The notes under the pieces were generated by a model. The model worked only from the letters and a program-made list of their open reading frames with translations. It was not told where the DNA came from and searched no databases. This document shows positions 9,220-20,201 of a DNA stretch of 52,866 nucleotides, piece after piece. The first letter of the stretch is position 1; each line of letters opens with the position of its first letter. Position numbers and translations under genes: made by a program. Origin of the DNA: Nitrospirota bacterium (GTDB lineage: Bacteria > Nitrospirota > UBA9217); assembly GCA_963741205.1 (NCBI GenBank), contig CAVUHW010000011.1, forward strand, positions 1 to 52,866, given 5' to 3'.

Positions 9220-10044
9220 TTATAATTTTTTCACAATCCCATCAATCTCCCGCGCCTGCTTGAGCAGCGCGGGAAGCTCGTCAAGACTCATCATGTTCGG
9301 CCCGTCGCACAGCGCTTCGTCGGGACAGGCGTGAACCTCCATGAACAGTGCATCCACTCCTGCGGCAACGGCAGCCCGCGTCAGATAAGGCACGAATTTC
9401 CGGTCTCCCGAAGAGGCGGTCCCGCCTGCGCCCGGGAGCTGTACGGAATGCGTGGCGTCGAATACCACGGGCCAGCCGAGCCCGCGCATGATGGGCAGAG
9501 CGCGCATGTCCGCGACCAGGTTGTTGTAGCCGAACGACACACCCCGTTCCGTAAGGATGATCCTGTCGTTCCCGGTGGAGGCAGCCTTTTCCGCGGCGTT
9601 TTTCATGTCCCAGGGGGCGAGGAACTGTCCTTTTTTGATGTTCACCACCCTGCCGGTTTTCGCCACCGCCAGGACGAAATCGGTCTGCCTGCACAGGAAG
9701 GCCGGGATCTGGATGACGTCGAGCACTTCCGCGGCTGGTCCGATTTCCTCGAAACGGTGGACATCGGAAAGGACCGGAAGATCGAGTTCGTCAGCCACGC
9801 GGCCGAGAATCCTGAGCCCCTCCTTGAGTCCGGGCCCCCGGTAGGACCGGAGGGAACTGCGGTTCGCCTTGTCGTAAGATGATTTGAAGATGAAGGGAAT
9901 ACCGAGCTCTGCCGTCATTTGCTTCAAGCGTAAGGCCGCCTCCAGCGCGGCGCCTTCCGATTCGATGACGCAGGGGCCGGCGATCAGGACGAAAGGGTTG
10001 TTCCCGCCCATCCTGAGGCCCCGGATTTCGATTTCTTTCGTCAT
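9220..10044 (-). CDS. kdsA: KDO 8-phosphate synthase
   Basis: IAGPCVIE, KSSYDKANRSS, QIPAFLCRQTD, KKGQFLAP, DATHSVQ. Confidence 0.96.
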   Translation of the reverse strand: MTKEIEIRGLRMGGNNPFVLIAGPCVIESEGAALEAALRLKQMTAELGIPFIFKSSYDKANRSSLRSYRGPGLKEGLRILGRVADELDLPVLSDVHRFEEIGPAAEVLDVIQIPAFLCRQTDFVLAVAKTGRVVNIKKGQFLAPWDMKNAAEKAASTGNDRIILTERGVSFGYNNLVADMRALPIMRGLGWPVVFDATHSVQLPGAGGTASSGDRKFVPYLTRAAVAAGVDALFMEVHACPDEALCDGPNMMSLDELPALLKQAREIDGIVKKL

Positions 10045-10066
10045 GTGGTGATTTTTACCTCAATTG

Positions 10067-10146
10067 CGGACCGAGGAACCGTGTTCTCGTGATTTATTTT
10101 TTTATTCTTTATGCGAACTTCACGCCAACACGGTTGGCTCGCTCCA
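10067..10146. repeat. REPIN-like inverted doublet, family A, copy 2
   Basis: Arms CGGACCGAGGAACCGTGTTCTCGT (10067-10090) and ACGCCAACACGGTTGGCTCGCTCCA (10122-10146). Confidence 0.85.
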
Positions 10147-10157
10147 AACAAACCGAC

Positions 10158-11810
10158 TCACCGCGCTTCTTTCTTCTTGAGCGCGGCGTTGATGAACGCC
10201 GTAAAGAGCGGATGCGGTTTGCGCGGGTTCGACTTGAATTCCGGATGGAACTGGCAGCCGAGAAACCAGGGGTGGTCCCTGAGTTCGACGATCTCGACCA
10301 GTTCCCCGTCGGGAGAAACGCCGCTGATGACGAGCCCTGCCGCCTTCAGCGCTTCGAGGTATTTATTGTTGAACTCGTAGCGGTGGCGGTGCCGTTCGGA
10401 TATGTCTTCTCTTCCGTACGCGCGGTAGGCGAGCGTCCCTTTCTCGATCTTGCAGGGGTACGCGCCGAGACGCATGCTGCCGCCCTTGTCGCTCGTGAGG
10501 TCCCTTTTCTGGACCGTTTTGTTCCGGTAATCGTACCACTGTTCAATCAGGTAAATGACCGGATGGGGCGTTTGCAGGTCGAACTCCGAACTGTTCGCGC
10601 CCTCAAGATGCGCGAGGTCCCGCGCCGCTTCGATCACCGCGCACTGCATGCCGAGGCAGATGCCGAAGTACGGGATCCTGCCTTCGCGGGCGTATTTGAC
10701 CGCGGCGATTTTTCCTTCGACCCCCCTGATGCCGAACCCGCCGGGGACCAGGATGCCGTCCATCCCCATGAGCATCTCCGCCGCGCCCTTCGCTTCGATG
10801 TCCTCGGAGTCGATCCAGCGGAGGTTCAACCTGGCGTCGTTCGCGAGCCCGCCGTGCGTCAGCGCTTCGCACAGGCTCTTGTACGCCTCCTTGAGATCGA
10901 TGTATTTCCCGACGAGGGCGATGGTCACGTTTTTCGCGGGGTGTTTGATGCGTTCTACGATCGTCTCCCATGCCGCGAGGTTGTCGTGCGAAGCCTTGAG
11001 ATCGAGCGCCTCGACGATCCGGTCGTCGATCCCCTCTTCGTGCAGGCAGATCGGCACTTCATAAATGGTTTCGACGTCCTGGGCCGTGATGACGCAGTTC
11101 TCTTCCACGTTGCAGAAAAGGGCGATCTTCCGCTTCATTTCCCTGGGGAGCGGCCTGTCGCTTCTGCAGACGAGGATGTTGGGCTGGATACCGATGGACA
11201 GGAGCTCCTTAACGCTGTGCTGCGTCGGCTTGGTCTTGAGCTCGTCCGCCGCCTTGATGAACGGAACAAGGGTCAGATGGATGTAGAGGACGTTCTGCCT
11301 GCCGAGGCTGTAGCGGAGCTGCCGGATCGCTTCGAGGAACGGAAGGCTCTCGATATCTCCGATCGTGCCCCCGATCTCGACGATCACGACGTCTTCATCG
11401 TCGGCAAGGTCCGTGATGGCGCGTTTGATCTCGTCGGTGATGTGAGGGACTACCTGGACCGTGCCGCCGAGGTAATCGCCCCTCCGCTCCTTGGTGATCA
11501 CGTTGTTGTAGATCCTGCCCGAGGTGAAGTTGTTCTTCTGGCCGGTGGTGACGTTCGTATAGCGCTCGTAGTGGCCGAGGTCGAGGTCTGTCTCGGCGCC
11601 GTCGTCGGTCACATAGACCTCTCCGTGCTGAAACGGGCTCATGGTCCCCGGGTCCACGTTGATGTAGGGATCGAGCTTGAGGAACGTGACCTTGAGCCCC
11701 CTGCTCTCCAGGAGCGCCCCGATCGAGGCCGCGGCAAGGCCTTTGCCGAGAGAGGAAACAACGCCGCCGGTTACGAAGATGTATTTCGTATCGTTCTTTT
11801 TCTTTTCCAT
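10158..11810 (-). CDS. pyrG: CTP synthase
   Basis: [42 protein letters not shown]. Confidence 0.98.
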   Translation of the reverse strand: MEKKKNDTKYIFVTGGVVSSLGKGLAAASIGALLESRGLKVTFLKLDPYINVDPGTMSPFQHGEVYVTDDGAETDLDLGHYERYTNVTTGQKNNFTSGRIYNNVITKERRGDYLGGTVQVVPHITDEIKRAITDLADDEDVVIVEIGGTIGDIESLPFLEAIRQLRYSLGRQNVLYIHLTLVPFIKAADELKTKPTQHSVKELLSIGIQPNILVCRSDRPLPREMKRKIALFCNVEENCVITAQDVETIYEVPICLHEEGIDDRIVEALDLKASHDNLAAWETIVERIKHPAKNVTIALVGKYIDLKEAYKSLCEALTHGGLANDARLNLRWIDSEDIEAKGAAEMLMGMDGILVPGGFGIRGVEGKIAAVKYAREGRIPYFGICLGMQCAVIEAARDLAHLEGANSSEFDLQTPHPVIYLIEQWYDYRNKTVQKRDLTSDKGGSMRLGAYPCKIEKGTLAYRAYGREDISERHRHRYEFNNKYLEALKAAGLVISGVSPDGELVEIVELRDHPWFLGCQFHPEFKSNPRKPHPLFTAFINAALKKKEAR

Positions 11811-11832
11811 GACACCCCTCGATGCTTAAGGC

Positions 11833-11940
11833 AACCACGGGTCACGACTATGTCGTGACGCACGGATCAACACGGTATGAAAATTAAGAATCCAGCCTGA
11901 TTTTATCCGTGTGTCCCGCTTCTTGGCGGGACCCGTGGTT
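11833..11940. repeat. Inverted repeat with a hairpin nested in each arm
   Basis: AACCACGG[GTCACGACTATGTCGTGAC]GCACGGAT ... ATCCGTGT[GTCCCGCTTCTTGGCGGGAC]CCGTGGTT. Confidence 0.85.
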
Positions 11941-11949
11941 CCGACCCGG

Positions 11950-12720
11950 TTATTTTTTAAGACAACTCAGTATTTTACCCAAATCCTCCGGGATGTCAAC
12001 ACCAAAGGACTCGTGTTCCGTGACGACCACCTTGATCCGGTGGCCGTGCTCGAGCGCGCGGAGCTGTTCCAGCTTTTCGATGCGTTCGAGCGCCGTTTGC
12101 GGCATCCCGGCGTAGTGCAGGAGAAAATCGCGGCGAAATACGTACAGGCCGACATGCTTGTAGAGGGTCCCGTCAAGGGTCAGCTCCGTGAACGATTGCT
12201 TCCCCGCCCAGCGGTCGCGGTCCCAGGGAATCGGCGCGCGGGAGAAATAGAGCGCGAACCCGTTCTTGTCGAAAACGACTTTTACGACGTTTGGGTCGAA
12301 GGCCTCCCGCGGGTCGTCTATTTTTCTGCAAAGCGTTCCCATCGGGATCGACGGATCGTCCGCCAGCGGCGCGATCGCCTGATCGATCATCTCGGGCCGG
12401 ATCAGCGGCTCATCGCCCTGCACGTTGACGACGATGTCGCAGGACAGGGCTGTAGCGACCTCGGCGATCCGGTCCGTACCGGTCGCGTGGGACGACAAGG
12501 TCATGACCGCTTCCCCGCCGAAGGCTAAAACGGTCCGCCTGATCCGCTCATCGTCGGTGGCGACGACGACGCGGTTGATCAGGCGCGATCGTTTCGCGCG
12601 TTCATAGACCCATTGGATCATGGGCCTGCCTTCGATGGGAACAAGCGCCTTGCCGGGAAACCGCGTGGAGCCGTAGCGGGCAGGGATGACGGCGATGATG
12701 GTGGTGTTATTCATGCTCAT
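11950..12720 (-). CDS. kdsB: CMP-KDO synthetase
   Basis: [43 protein letters not shown]. Confidence 0.96.
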   Translation of the reverse strand: MSMNNTTIIAVIPARYGSTRFPGKALVPIEGRPMIQWVYERAKRSRLINRVVVATDDERIRRTVLAFGGEAVMTLSSHATGTDRIAEVATALSCDIVVNVQGDEPLIRPEMIDQAIAPLADDPSIPMGTLCRKIDDPREAFDPNVVKVVFDKNGFALYFSRAPIPWDRDRWAGKQSFTELTLDGTLYKHVGLYVFRRDFLLHYAGMPQTALERIEKLEQLRALEHGHRIKVVVTEHESFGVDIPEDLGKILSCLKK

Positions 12721-12838
12721 GCGCTCTCACTTCAGACCGCTCTAGCCACGCTGATGGCGTAAAGTCGTGTAGCCTGCTCCCTTGATGCGCTATGCGCTGA
12801 TGCGTTGTGACTCCTGTCCAGTTCCTTCCTGAAATATT

Positions 12839-13741
12839 CTATCGTCCTCCGAATCCGTCGTCGACCGACACTGAAGGGTTCCATCCCAGCCTCTGGCCGG
12901 CGAGCGTGATGTCGGGCTGGCGCTGCGTCGGATCGTCCGATGGGAGCGGCTTGTACACGACCTTCGATTTTGAGCCGGTCATTGCGATGATCTTCCTCGC
13001 CAGGTCGAGGATGGTGTATTCTTCGGGGTTCCCTATGTTCACGGGGCCGGTAAAGCCATCGACGTTCATCATGCGCACCATGCCTTCGATCAGATCGTCG
13101 ACGTAGCAGAACGACCTCGTCTGCGAACCCTTGCCGTAGACCGTGATGTCATGCCCCTGGAGCGCCTGAATGATAAAATTGCTCACAACCCGGCCATCAT
13201 CGGGCAGCATGCGGGGACCGTACGTGTTAAAAATGCGTACGATCCTGATGTCCACCTTGTTCTGCCGGTGGTAGTCCATCATCAGGGTCTCCGAAGCGCG
13301 TTTCCCCTCGTCGTAGCAGCTCCTGATCCCGATGGGGTTCACGTTGCCCCAGTAGTCCTCCTTCTGCGGGTGGACTGCGGGGTCGCCGTAGACCTCCGAA
13401 GTGGAGGCGAAGAGTATCCTGCCCCTCACCCGCTTGGCTAGACCGAGCATGTAGAGCGTGCCCATGATGTTTGTTTTGATCGTTTTGACCGGGTTGTATT
13501 GATAGTGGATGGGCGATGCCGGGCAGGCGAGGTGGAAGATGCGGTCCACTTCGATCACCAGCGGAAGCGTCACATCATGCCTCAGGAGCTCGAAACCGGG
13601 GTTTCCGATCAGGTGCTGCACATTCTTCTTTCTGCCCGTGAAAAAATTGTCCAGACAGATGACTTCATGGCCGTCTGCAAGCAGCCGTTCGCATAAGTGG
13701 GACCCCAGAAATCCGGCGCCGCCGGTGACGAGTATTCGCAT
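12839..13741 (-). CDS. UDP-glucuronate decarboxylase (UXS-like SDR); C-terminus frameshifted near 12850
   Basis: [40 protein letters not shown]. The expected tail [10 protein letters not shown] continues in another frame, so the true stop lies below 12839. Confidence 0.9.
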   Translation of the reverse strand: MRILVTGGAGFLGSHLCERLLADGHEVICLDNFFTGRKKNVQHLIGNPGFELLRHDVTLPLVIEVDRIFHLACPASPIHYQYNPVKTIKTNIMGTLYMLGLAKRVRGRILFASTSEVYGDPAVHPQKEDYWGNVNPIGIRSCYDEGKRASETLMMDYHRQNKVDIRIVRIFNTYGPRMLPDDGRVVSNFIIQALQGHDITVYGKGSQTRSFCYVDDLIEGMVRMMNVDGFTGPVNIGNPEEYTILDLARKIIAMTGSKSKVVYKPLPSDDPTQRQPDITLAGQRLGWNPSVSVDDGFGGR

Positions 13742-13758
13742 TGATTATTTCCCCTTTT

Positions 13759-13846
13759 TGGACCAAGCCAACCGTGTTGGCGTTCTTTTATTCTACTGAG
13801 GTCTATTAGTTCGAAGCAGAAACGGCAACGCGGTTGCCTCGCTCCA
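13759..13846. repeat. REPIN-like inverted doublet, family A, copy 3
   Basis: Arms TGGACCAAGCCAACCGTGTTGGCGT (13759-13783) and ACGGCAACGCGGTTGCCTCGCTCCA (13822-13846). Confidence 0.9.
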
Positions 13847-13848
13847 AA

Positions 13849-15183
13849 TCATTTTCTCCCTATGCCGTAATAGGTGAAACCCATTTTTTTCAATTCTTCC
13901 TGATTGTAAATATTTCTGCCGTCAAAGATGACCGGTTTTTTCATTGTTTTTTTCATCCGGTCAAAATCGGGCATCCGGAATTCGTTCCATTCGGTAACCA
14001 GCGCCAGCGCATCGGCGTTCCGGAGCGTTTCGTAACTATCCTCAAACAAGCGTATCCTGTTCTTGAAGATTTTTTTTGCTTCATGCATTGCCACCGGATC
14101 GTGCGCCCTGATCGCGGCGCCGGCGCGCAGGAGGTTATTCATGATCACCACGGAGGGGGCTTCGCGCATGTCGTCGGTTCGAGGCTTGAAGGAAAGCCCC
14201 CAGATCGCTATGGTGCGCCCTGCGAGCGGTTTCACGGATCCGGCGCGCTTCTTTGATTGCTTCGGAGCGAAATGAGAAAGGATGAGGTCCGAGAGGACCC
14301 TCTTTTGCCGTTCATTCACGGCTTCGACGGCTTTCAGGACCCTGGCATCGAAGCCGTGTTCCTTTGCAGTTTGAACCAGTGCCTTGACATCCTTCGGGAA
14401 GCAGGAGCCCCCGTAGCCGACGCCGGGGAACAGAAACTCAAATCCGATCCGTTTGTCGTAGCCCATCCCCCTGCGCACGCTGTCTATATCCACTCCCAGG
14501 CTCGCGCAGATGCTGGCCATTTCGTTGATGAAGGATATCTTAGTCGCCAACATGGCGTTGGACGCGTACTTCGTCATCTCCGCGCTCCTGACATCCATGA
14601 CGAGGGTGCGGTCTCCTTTGCGAAAGAACGGCGCATAGACGTTGTGCATGATTTGCTCTGCCCTGGAGCTGTTCGCGCCGATTACAATCCGGTCAGGTTT
14701 CATGAAGTCCTCGATCGCCGATCCTTCCTTCAAGAACTCCGGATTGGACACTACCTCGAACTTGTGATTGGTCTTTCCGGCAACAAGGGCCTTGACCTTG
14801 TCAGCCGTGCCCACGGGGACGGTGCTTTTATTGACGATGATTTTGTACCCGTTCATGTATCGGGCGATTTCTCCGGCTGCACCGAGCACGTATTTGAGAT
14901 CTGCTGATCCATCCTCCCCCGGAGGAGTGCCGACGGCGATGAAAATCACACTTGCTTCCCTCACCGCCCTGGACATATCAGTGGTAAAATCGAGCCTGCC
15001 GTGGGCCACGTTGCGCTTTACAAGCTCCTCGAGGCCCGGCTCGTAAATAGGCACGACGCCGCTTTTAAGCATCTCGATCTTTCTTTTGTCGATGTCCATG
15101 CAGATGACATCGTTGCCGCTCTCGGCAAGACAGGTGCCGGTCACGAGTCCTACATAGCCGGTGCCGATTATGGATATTTTCAT
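13849..15183 (-). CDS. ugd: UDP-glucose 6-dehydrogenase
   Basis: IGTGYVGL, NKSTVPVGT, SNPEFLKEG, GYGGSCFPKD, FKPRTDDMRE; start MKISIIG. Confidence 0.93.
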   Translation of the reverse strand: MKISIIGTGYVGLVTGTCLAESGNDVICMDIDKRKIEMLKSGVVPIYEPGLEELVKRNVAHGRLDFTTDMSRAVREASVIFIAVGTPPGEDGSADLKYVLGAAGEIARYMNGYKIIVNKSTVPVGTADKVKALVAGKTNHKFEVVSNPEFLKEGSAIEDFMKPDRIVIGANSSRAEQIMHNVYAPFFRKGDRTLVMDVRSAEMTKYASNAMLATKISFINEMASICASLGVDIDSVRRGMGYDKRIGFEFLFPGVGYGGSCFPKDVKALVQTAKEHGFDARVLKAVEAVNERQKRVLSDLILSHFAPKQSKKRAGSVKPLAGRTIAIWGLSFKPRTDDMREAPSVVIMNNLLRAGAAIRAHDPVAMHEAKKIFKNRIRLFEDSYETLRNADALALVTEWNEFRMPDFDRMKKTMKKPVIFDGRNIYNQEELKKMGFTYYGIGRK

Positions 15184-15204
15184 GGATGTCCTTTCTTCCT
15201 TCCC

Positions 15205-15315
15205 GTGCATCCCCGAATGCCTGCGAACGCGGGTATCCAGGCTATCCTACGATAAATCAAAATGGATTCCCGCTTGAGGCTGCCCCAGCATGATTAAAAC
15301 AGGGGCGGGAATGAC
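15205..15315. repeat. Composite palindromic element, family B (GTCATTCCC...GGGAATCCA type)
   Basis: The reverse complement of 15263-15315 closely matches 23432-23486, and 15205-15239 resembles the reverse complement of 23561-23636. Confidence 0.8.
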
Positions 15316-15361
15316 AATGCCCGATTATTGAGCTATCAGCCATGATCTATCGAACTGATGT

Positions 15362-16504
15362 TCACGTCCTGGAATTGTAGTTTTTTTCGATCCACTTCGA
15401 ATATTCACCGCTTCTGACTCCGCTTACCCATTCGGCGTTTTTTAAGTACCAGGAGACCGTCTGCCGCAAACCGTCCTCGAACCGGTGACGCTGATTCCAG
15501 CCCAGTTCCCTTTTGATCTTATCGCAATTAATGGCATACCTGCGGTCGTGTCCGGGGCGATCGGCTATGAAGGTGATGAGGTCACGGTAATTGCGGATTT
15601 CGGATTTCGGATTTTGGAATGCGGGATTGTCTTTAACGGGACACAGCTCCTCCAGCAAGTCGCATATTGCCGCTACGACCTCGATATTCTGTTTTTCGCA
15701 CTCGCCGCCGACATTATAGGTCTCCCCTGCCTTTCCCTTCGCGAGTATCATCCAGACGGCCTCGCAGTGGTCCTCGACGTAGAGCCAGTCGCGTACGTTC
15801 TTCCCGTCTCCGTAAACCGGGAGGGGCTTTCCCTCGGCGGCGTTCAGGATCGCCAGGGGGATCAGTTTTTCCGGAAAGTGAAAGGGGCCGTAATTGTTCG
15901 AACAGTTCGAGATGGTCACGGGCAGCCCGTAGGTATGGAAGTAGGCCCTCACCAGATGGTCCGAAGCCGCCTTTGATGCGGAGTAAGGGCTTCGCGGGTC
16001 ATAGGACGTCGTTTCAAAAAAATATCCCGTATCGCCGAGAGAACCATAGACTTCGTCGGTGCTGATGTGATGGAACCGCGATGGGGCGCCGCCCTTCCAG
16101 AGGTGACGGGCGGCCTCGAGGAGGCTGAAGGTGCCGTTGACATTCGTCTCGACAAAATCCTTGGGCCCGTAAATCGACCGGTCGACATGGCTTTCCGCGG
16201 CAAAGTGGACAATTGCGTTGATGCGGCGCTTCGCCATGACCTCCGCGACCTTCCCGTGGTCCTTGATATCGCCGCGTTCGAAAACGTAGCTCTCGCCGCC
16301 GAATTTCCGTTCGATGTCGGCAAGGTTCATGAGGTTGCCGGCATAGGTCAGCTTGTCGTAGTTGACGAGCATGCCCCTGAAATCCGTCTTTTCAAAAACG
16401 TACCTGATGAAGTTGGACCCGATGAACCCTGCGCCGCCTGTCACGAGGATGTTCGCGGAACGCGGGTCGAAAAGATCCGCTTCGTCATGCTGGCCGCTAT
16501 TCAC
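15362..16504 (-). CDS. rfbB: dTDP-glucose 4,6-dehydratase
   Basis: [53 protein letters not shown]. Confidence 0.95.
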   Translation of the reverse strand: MNSGQHDEADLFDPRSANILVTGGAGFIGSNFIRYVFEKTDFRGMLVNYDKLTYAGNLMNLADIERKFGGESYVFERGDIKDHGKVAEVMAKRRINAIVHFAAESHVDRSIYGPKDFVETNVNGTFSLLEAARHLWKGGAPSRFHHISTDEVYGSLGDTGYFFETTSYDPRSPYSASKAASDHLVRAYFHTYGLPVTISNCSNNYGPFHFPEKLIPLAILNAAEGKPLPVYGDGKNVRDWLYVEDHCEAVWMILAKGKAGETYNVGGECEKQNIEVVAAICDLLEELCPVKDNPAFQNPKSEIRNYRDLITFIADRPGHDRRYAINCDKIKRELGWNQRHRFEDGLRQTVSWYLKNAEWVSGVRSGEYSKWIEKNYNSRT

Positions 16505-17354
16505 GTGTCAATCCGCCTTCCTGTAAGAATGATCTGACCCCTTCGTCCCAGGCCGGAATGGACAGGTTCAGTTTACGCGAGATCCTGTCGTTGCTCATAA
16601 CTGAAAATTGCGGTCGTTTCGCCGGGAGTTGAAAGAAGTCCATGGGCACTGGCCGGATGAATTTTTCGATGCCAAGGCTTTGGAGTATGAATCTCGCCCA
16701 TTCATACCGCGAGCAGAACCCGCTGTTCGTGAGATGATACCGGCCGGTCAGACCCTGGTCGAGCGCCTTCAGCGTAACATCCACCACGGTTTCGGTGGAG
16801 GTCGGAACCGAAAATTCGTCGCAGGCGATCCTGAGGTACTCGCTGCTCCCGGCCCACTGGGTCAGTTTATAGATGAAGTTCTGTTTCCCCGGTCCGAACA
16901 CCCAGCTCAGCCTGAGGACGAGACATCGGTCAAGTTCCTCCAGAACGTGCCGTTCCCCGGCAAGCTTGCTCTTGCCGTATTCGTTCAGCGGGTTCGTCGC
17001 GTCATCTTCTGTGTAAGGCCCTTCCTGCTTGCCGCCGTCGAAAACGTAGTCCGAGCCGAAATGAACGAGGAGAGCCTTGTGCTTCGCGGCCGCCTGTGCG
17101 AGATATTTGGGGCCTGTGGCATTTACGGCAAACGCCGCTATCGGCGCTCCCTCAGCCTTGTCAACGAGGTTGAAGGCCGCGCAGTTGATGATGACGTCGG
17201 GTTTTACCGCGGCGACGAATTCAGCTACGACTTTTTCGTTCGTGATGTCCAGGCTTGACTCGTCGGGCACGATGCAATCGCGGCATAACATTTCCAATCG
17301 CCGGATGAACGATCTGGCGAGCTGCCCGTTTCTGCCGGTTATGAGATATTTCAT
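16497..17354 (-). CDS. rfbD: dTDP-4-dehydrorhamnose reductase
   Basis: [39 protein letters not shown]. Confidence 0.93.
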   Translation of the reverse strand: MKYLITGRNGQLARSFIRRLEMLCRDCIVPDESSLDITNEKVVAEFVAAVKPDVIINCAAFNLVDKAEGAPIAAFAVNATGPKYLAQAAAKHKALLVHFGSDYVFDGGKQEGPYTEDDATNPLNEYGKSKLAGERHVLEELDRCLVLRLSWVFGPGKQNFIYKLTQWAGSSEYLRIACDEFSVPTSTETVVDVTLKALDQGLTGRYHLTNSGFCSRYEWARFILQSLGIEKFIRPVPMDFFQLPAKRPQFSVMSNDRISRKLNLSIPAWDEGVRSFLQEGGLTRE

Positions 17355-17363
17355 GGTTTTATT

Positions 17364-17653
17364 TGGAGCGAGGGAACCGTGTTGCCGGTCTTTAAAAACG
17401 TTTTCTTCGACTCATTTTAGAATTTGAGTTAAGTTTTGAGTTTAACCCAAAATCAATAATATTTTCTCGCAAAGGCGCAAAGCTCGCAAAGAAAGGCAGA
17501 TCTTTTTGGTTTTAAAACCAGAATCTATAGATTTCCTTTGCGCCCTTTGCGACTTTGCGAGAGGTCGCATTTGATTTTGAATTCATGCTTCATTGGTCTG
17601 AGGCATTGTCTCGTTAAATCTTTGCTTCACGCCAACGCGGTTGGCTCGCTCCA
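17364..17653. repeat. Expanded family A doublet (copy 4) enclosing a family C element at 17465-17562
   Basis: Arms at 17364-17388 and 17629-17653; internal TCTCGCAAAGGCGCAAAGCTCGCAAAG ... CTTTGCGCCCTTTGCGACTTTGCGAGA. Confidence 0.82.
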
Positions 17654-18202
17654 TGTGAAATTATTGTCCGCGTCCTGAAGGAGCGGATGCAGTTTGTCCT
17701 TCGGCGACAGAATCGGGTCCGGGAGCGGCCAGACAATCCCTATCTCGGGGTCGTTCCAGATGATTCCCCGGTCGTCGGACGGAGAGTATTCAGCGGTGCA
17801 CTTGTACATCACTTCCGCAGTCTCGGTAAGGACCTGGAACCCGTGGGCGAAACCGGGAGGAACGTAAAGCATAAGCCTGTTCGCCTCGGTGAGTTCCACG
17901 CCCTCCCATTTTCCGTAATGCGGCGAGCCCCTGCGGATATCGACGGCAACGTCGAAGATCCCGCCTTTCAGGCACATGACCAGCTTCCCCTGGGACCTCG
18001 GGGACTTCTGGTAGTGAAGGCCCCGGAGCACGCCCTGCACGGATTTCGAATAGTTGTCCTGGACGAGGTGTTCCCGGATGCCCGCTGCCGCAAAATCCGT
18101 GTGTTTGTACAGCTCGAGAAAAAATCCCCTGCCGTCGTCAAAGACCCGGGGACGGACCAGAACGGGGCCCGGTATCTTGACCTGCTCGAACTCAAAGGGC
18201 AT
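17627..18202 (-). CDS. rfbC: dTDP-4-dehydrorhamnose 3,5-epimerase
   Basis: [43 protein letters not shown]. Confidence 0.95.
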   Translation of the reverse strand: MPFEFEQVKIPGPVLVRPRVFDDGRGFFLELYKHTDFAAAGIREHLVQDNYSKSVQGVLRGLHYQKSPRSQGKLVMCLKGGIFDVAVDIRRGSPHYGKWEGVELTEANRLMLYVPPGFAHGFQVLTETAEVMYKCTAEYSPSDDRGIIWNDPEIGIVWPLPDPILSPKDKLHPLLQDADNNFTWSEPTALA

Positions 18203-19085
18203 TCGGCACCTCTTGCTCGGCCACCATCTGAAGATAAGAGCCGTAAGCGTTCTTGCTGTACAAGGCCGCGGCCTTCAGCAGCTTCTGCTTGTCGATGTAG
18301 CCCAGCTTGTAGGCGATTTCCTCGATGCAGGCCATTTTGAGGCCCTGTCTGCGCTCGATGGTCGCGATGAACTCCCCTGCTTCAAGCAGGCTCTCGTGGG
18401 TCCCCGTATCCAGCCAGGCGTAACCCCTGCCCAATAGTTCCACGCGGAGCCGCTTCTTCTCGAGATATTCCTTGTTCACGTCGGTGATTTCCAGCTCTCC
18501 GCGCCATGAGGGCTTTATGCCCTTCGCTGTCCGGACGACCTCGTTATCGTAGAAATAGAGGCCGGTGACGGCGTATTTTGATTTCGGCTGTTTCGGCTTT
18601 TCCTCGACGGACAGGACGTTTCCGCCCTTGTCGAACTCCACGATGCCGTACCGTTCGGGATCGTTCACATAATAGCCGAAGACCGTGGCGCCGCCCGCCG
18701 AGGTCACGTCGCGGACGGCCTTGTTGAGGAGTTCGGTGAGGCCATGGCCGAAGAAGATGTTGTCCCCCAGGACAAGGCAGACCGCGTCTTTGCCGATAAA
18801 GTCCTCGCCGATGAGGAATGCCTCGGCAAGGCCGTTCGGATGCTGCTGCTCGGCGTAGGAAAAACGGAGGCCCAGGTCGGAGCCGTCGCCGAAGATGTCC
18901 CTGAACCGGGGCAGGTCAACGGGCGTCGAAATGATGAGGATGTCCCTGATGCCGGCGAGCATGAGTACCGACAGCGGGTAGTAGATCATGGGCTTGTCAT
19001 AGATCGGCAGCAGTTGCTTGCACACGCCGCGCGTGATGGGATAAAGCCGCGTTCCGCTGCCGCCCGCCAGGATGATGCCTTTCAT
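18192..19085 (-). CDS. rfbA: Glucose-1-phosphate thymidylyltransferase
   Basis: [41 protein letters not shown]. Confidence 0.96.
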   Translation of the reverse strand: MKGIILAGGSGTRLYPITRGVCKQLLPIYDKPMIYYPLSVLMLAGIRDILIISTPVDLPRFRDIFGDGSDLGLRFSYAEQQHPNGLAEAFLIGEDFIGKDAVCLVLGDNIFFGHGLTELLNKAVRDVTSAGGATVFGYYVNDPERYGIVEFDKGGNVLSVEEKPKQPKSKYAVTGLYFYDNEVVRTAKGIKPSWRGELEITDVNKEYLEKKRLRVELLGRGYAWLDTGTHESLLEAGEFIATIERRQGLKMACIEEIAYKLGYIDKQKLLKAAALYSKNAYGSYLQMVAEQEVPNAL

Positions 19086-19101
19086 CAGATTCTTCTCCTT
19101 T

Positions 19102-19194
19102 TGGATTCAAGGTAACCATGTTGCCGTGACGTTAAATTCATCTTTAGCTCTTTAAATCTTTACTTCACGTCAACGCTGGTTGGACTCGACTCCA
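19102..19194. repeat. REPIN-like inverted doublet, family A, copy 5 (degenerate)
   Basis: Arms at 19102-19127 and 19167-19194; the spacer shares GTGAAGTAAAGATTTAAAGA with copy 1 in inverted orientation. Confidence 0.8.
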
Positions 19195-19197
19195 AAA

Positions 19198-20201
19198 CTA
19201 CCCTACTCTGAACTCGATTCTCTGCTTCAATTCTTCCGGCTTCACGGTCGCCGTTCCGACGACGCCCACGACGATCCCCGCGGCATAGTTCGATATCTTT
19301 GCAGCGTCCACCATGCCGGCGCCGGAGGCCATGGCGAGGGTCAGCGCGCCGATTACCGTGTCGCCGGCACCGGTAACATCGAAGACCTCCCGCGCAACGG
19401 TCGGAATGTGGGTCACCTTTCCTCCGTGCTCAAAGAGGCTCATGCCCTGCTCTCCGCGCGTGACCAGGACGGCGGCGCAATTCAGCCGCTTGAGGAGCAG
19501 CGCGCCGGCCCGGAGCAGCGAGTCTTCATCTTCAATCTCGATCTTGGACCCGATGGAAGCCTCATGCGTATTCGGGGTGAGGATGGTGACGCCGCGGTAC
19601 ATGCCGAAATGGCTCACCTTGGGGTCTACCGACACGATGATTCCGTTTTTCCTGGCGAGGCGCACGATGTCACGAACCAGGTCGGCGGTGACCACGCCCT
19701 TGCTGTAGTCCGAGACCACGATCCCGTCCAGCCCCTCTGCAACGCGGCGCCGGACCTGGTCGAGTATGCGGCGGTGGGTCTCTTTTCCCAGCCGGTCCTT
19801 GGTCTCGCGGTCGAACCGGACGACCTGCTGGTTATGGGCTATGACGCGGGTCTTGATGGTCGTCGGCCGGTCATCGTCCTCGATCAGGCCGTCCGTCTGA
19901 ATTCCCTGAGCGCGCACCAGCCGCAGGACCTGGCTTCCCGCCTCATCGCGTCCGATCACGCCGCAGACGGAGACCGCCCCCCCCAGGGCATGGATGTTCT
20001 GTACGACGTTCGTCGCGCCGCCCAAAAGCAGGCTCTCCCGCGTGACATTCAACCACGGGGACCGGCGCCTCCGGGGAGATGCGGGACACCTTGCCCCAGA
20101 TGTAATGGTCGAGCACGATGTCGCCGACGACAAGGATGCGGGTCTTGGAAAACCGATCGATGACAGCCGGCCAGCCGTTTTTGTTCTTTTTTTGCAATCA
20201 T
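19198..20201 (-). CDS. rfaE1: D-glycero-beta-D-manno-heptose-7-phosphate kinase (HldE kinase domain), frameshifted near 20050 and 20170
   Basis: [52 protein letters not shown]. Confidence 0.9.

Noticed and set aside
10089-11858. Long plus-strand ORFs (589 aa here; also 37298-38578, 39628-40731, 43624-45369)
   Set aside because: Antisense shadows of pyrG, pilS/pilC, pilT and DUF512 caused by GC-rich codon bias; no recognisable motifs.
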